Shown here: piece by piece, positions 63,981 to 64,000 of the stretch
Numbering within the stretch: position 1 is the stretch's first letter
How the letters are laid out: each line of letters begins with the position of its first letter
From: Lytechinus pictus
Lineage: Eukaryota
DNA length: 64,000 bases
Assembly (NCBI RefSeq): GCF_037042905.1
Contig: NC_087259.1
Location: forward strand, 2,294,001-2,358,000
Reading direction: 5' to 3'
Translations under genes and position numbers: made by a program
Notes under the pieces: generated by a model
Told to the model about the DNA's origin: nothing
Seen by the model: only the letters and a program-made list of their open reading frames with translations
Databases searched by the model: none

Positions 63981-64000
63981 AGTGCCCAAGAGGTCGATAT
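63981..64000 (+). CDS. GNL1: GNL1 coding exon 4, partial at window edge (SAQEVDI..)
   Basis: TTCCAG acceptor; phase-0 translation aligns with human ..LELDI. Confidence 0.65.

Overview
AT-rich, intron-containing animal genomic DNA. The repeat types and gene content suggest an invertebrate deuterostome, probably a sea urchin (inference). It is not prokaryotic and has no CRISPR, rRNA or intact tRNA. Three spliced genes were reconstructed by hand using GT-AG junctions and frame continuity. (1) The 3' half of ANAPC2 (APC/C cullin subunit; + strand, 9 exons, 1..9714). (2) A complete pappalysin (PAPP-A-like metzincin; - strand, 19 coding exons, 41152..15049, 4800 nt = 1599 aa + stop). (3) The 5' end of GNL1 (+ strand, 4 exons from 52794, running off the window). 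The remainder is dense with non-autonomous DNA transposons (Harbinger-, hAT-, Tc2-, Kolobok-, piggyBac-, Merlin-, Ginger- and Academ-like MITEs), tRNA-derived SINEs, an L2/CR1-type LINE fragment, a Helentron-type element and three N-runs. The most notable observations are: a tandem array of decaying copies of the ANAPC2 terminal coding segment in its 3' flank, with copy 2 still an open frame; a pappalysin with a rewired cysteine/Ca2+ pattern (LNR3 Asp->Ala, paired loss of a CCP1 disulfide, no free inhibitor-binding cysteines, dimer Cys kept); and linkage of three genes whose human orthologues lie in MHC paralogons. Comparisons to human proteins were made from recalled sequences, not from a database search.
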